From Rozella allomycis CSF55 (taxonomy: Eukaryota): a DNA stretch of 51,517 nt. Under the pieces are notes generated by a model. The model had not been told where the DNA came from. It saw only the letters and a program-made list of their open reading frames with translations, and did no database searches. The position numbers were made by a program, and so were the translations under genes. The DNA lies in the NCBI GenBank assembly GCA_000442015.1, contig KE561068.1, positions 62,001 to 113,517 on the forward strand. Direction: 5' to 3'. Positions within the stretch are counted from its first letter, which is position 1. Each line of letters starts with the position of its first letter. This document shows positions 49,907 to 51,517 of this stretch, one piece after another.

Positions 49907-50875
49907 TTATTTGTTTTGCTGTAAATGCTGGAACAATTGCAGTGCATTTTGCTTAAAAACAGATAGCTGTTTGTTCATATTTTCTTTTATTGAATGAAAA
50001 TATATTTTACCAATAGAATGAGTGATTTTCTTCAGGTTGCATATTTCTTCATTGTGCCAATTGTGATTACCTAAACTTGCAGTTGTAAATGCCTCGCCTA
50101 TATCATTGGTAAAATCTTCAACACAACAAGCGGCTTTTCTGCATATATCTTTTTCAATAGAGTTTAAATTATACCTTGAAGCTTGTGGCGGTATTTTGCA
50201 TCCCATTCGTTAACTGCCATGATATGTTGAAAGAAAGGATCATTTGGATCACATTGAAGGTATTCTTCATTTGTGGGTTGATTTTGATCAATATCATTGT
50301 TGTAATTGGTCTGATCAGCGATTTGCGAATCCCCTTCAGATTCTAATCCAGTCTATTTGAAAGCTAATGTATTAATTTACTTCAATCTTTTCAATTTGGA
50401 TATCGCCATTGGAATTTTTTTCTTCCTCTACTACATTCTTTGTAGCATCAGTGTTTCTTCTTTTGGAGGCTTGCAACTGCCTTTCAGGTGAATTATGTTC
50501 GTATTGATATTGCTGTTGATGGTTATCAATGTATTCGTCCTCATCGAGCGGTATATGAGAGAGTTCTTCGTCATCTTCATCAAACTCTTCATACGCAAAA
50601 GGAGTCTCGTGACGTTGAATTTCGCCTATCTTGATTCTTTTATCTAGTTTTGGAATATAAAAAAAGGTACTATGCTGTTCTAAGTGTACCTGACTACTAT
50701 TTCTTTGCCTTTCCTCCTTTGGCGTAGGCGGGAATCTATGGGGATTGGTAGGTGCAAATGCAGGAGGTTGTGGATGATGAAAATTATTTATAGAGTTCTG
50801 ATTTTTGGGGTTGAATTTGTTTCCGAATGTTTTTAATGGTTGAAATCCGAATTGTGGCGCCATGTCCAGGGTCAT
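49907..50875 (-). CDS. Hypothetical protein (Pro/Gln-rich then acidic); at least 2 introns
   Basis: ORFs 50372-50875 and 49907-50206 join through 28- and 26-nt GT-AG introns. Confidence 0.6.
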
Positions 50876-51263
50876 TCATCCCTGACTCTTTATGCGCATA
50901 CATTGACCCTAGCAATAAGGGAAGTAATAAAATCTTTAGAAAGGAAGGATATTATAGAGTAGTTGTGATATTAATGACTAAACAATGGTGCATGACGGGA
51001 TCCATATCACCAGACACAATTGAAGGATACCTAATAAGATATGCATAAGGGCCCTCTTAGTTCTTACTGTTCCAACTATTGTTGTTAATGCAGAATGATA
51101 AATGTTAAATAACAAGTACATTGTAACTTTAAATCAAGAAAAGAAGTTCTCGCCACATGATTGGTGTACTTTGAACAAAAAGTCGGCGAAACTAAAAGAT
51201 TTGACTATTCGAGCATTAAATAATAATGATTGTAAAAAACTTAATTTAATACAAAATTTTGAT

Positions 51264-51517
51264 TTATTTCTTGTATTCAAATTTCAACCTTATCGGTTTG
51301 CACTTGTCGCCTGATCCACTAATCAAAACTGCGTATTGGTTTTTAAAGTCAAGACACACACCGCCATCCTTTTTTGGTCCACTTTTAAACATCACTTCAA
51401 AGGTGTCGCCAGTTGACCTGACTGGTTCAATGTACACTCGGTGTTTTTCGGCGCTTCCAATCAAAAGGTCTGAATTTACTTGAATGAATCGGTTGTATTT
51501 GTCATCTTTAAAAGATA
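51264..51517 (-). CDS. 3' end of a hypothetical protein (starts beyond the window)
   Basis: Open frame from the window edge to TAA 51264 (...GVCLDFKNQ..KCKPIRLKFEYKK*). Confidence 0.55.
   Translation of the reverse strand, partial: SFKDDKYNRFIQVNSDLLIGSAEKHRVYIEPVRSTGDTFEVMFKSGPKKDGGVCLDFKNQYAVLISGSGDKCKPIRLKFEYKK

Overview
Eukaryotic, AT-rich, extremely gene-dense DNA from a flagellated early-diverging fungus or relative. It combines a class IV chitin synthase and Chs7 with the radial-spoke gene RSPH14; a Rozella-like (Cryptomycota) source is my inference, not a database result. About 28 protein genes are broken by on the order of 100 very short spliceosomal introns (almost all 25-32 nt), which is why the ORF track is fragmented. 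Recognisable genes: TOR, a CARNS1-like ATP-grasp ligase, RhoGAP, Nup192/205, mitochondrial L2, AP-1 gamma, RPB8, Bub2-like TBC, a G-protein gamma subunit (absent from the ORF track), a TUG/UBX protein, ankyrin-chitin synthase, CHS7, ZW10, a divergent histone H3, Air1/2, an FBF1-like coiled-coil, an SDR, SEC5, a homeobox factor, a class II HDAC and RSPH14, plus tRNA-Cys. Single Ns look like scaffold joins. Most interesting: (1) an ankyrin-repeat/class IV chitin synthase fusion tail-to-tail with its cognate chaperone CHS7; (2) apparently length-measured splicing, with candidate GT-TG/GT-GG introns and a 5-nt microexon; (3) a stand-alone homologue of the N-terminal half of animal carnosine synthase; (4) an H3 variant lacking K4/K27/K36/K79 head-to-head with ZW10; (5) kb-scale G-rich/AT-rich/C-rich skew switches inside genes; (6) an in-frame TAG in TOR. 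All homology calls are motif recognition from memory and need a search to confirm.
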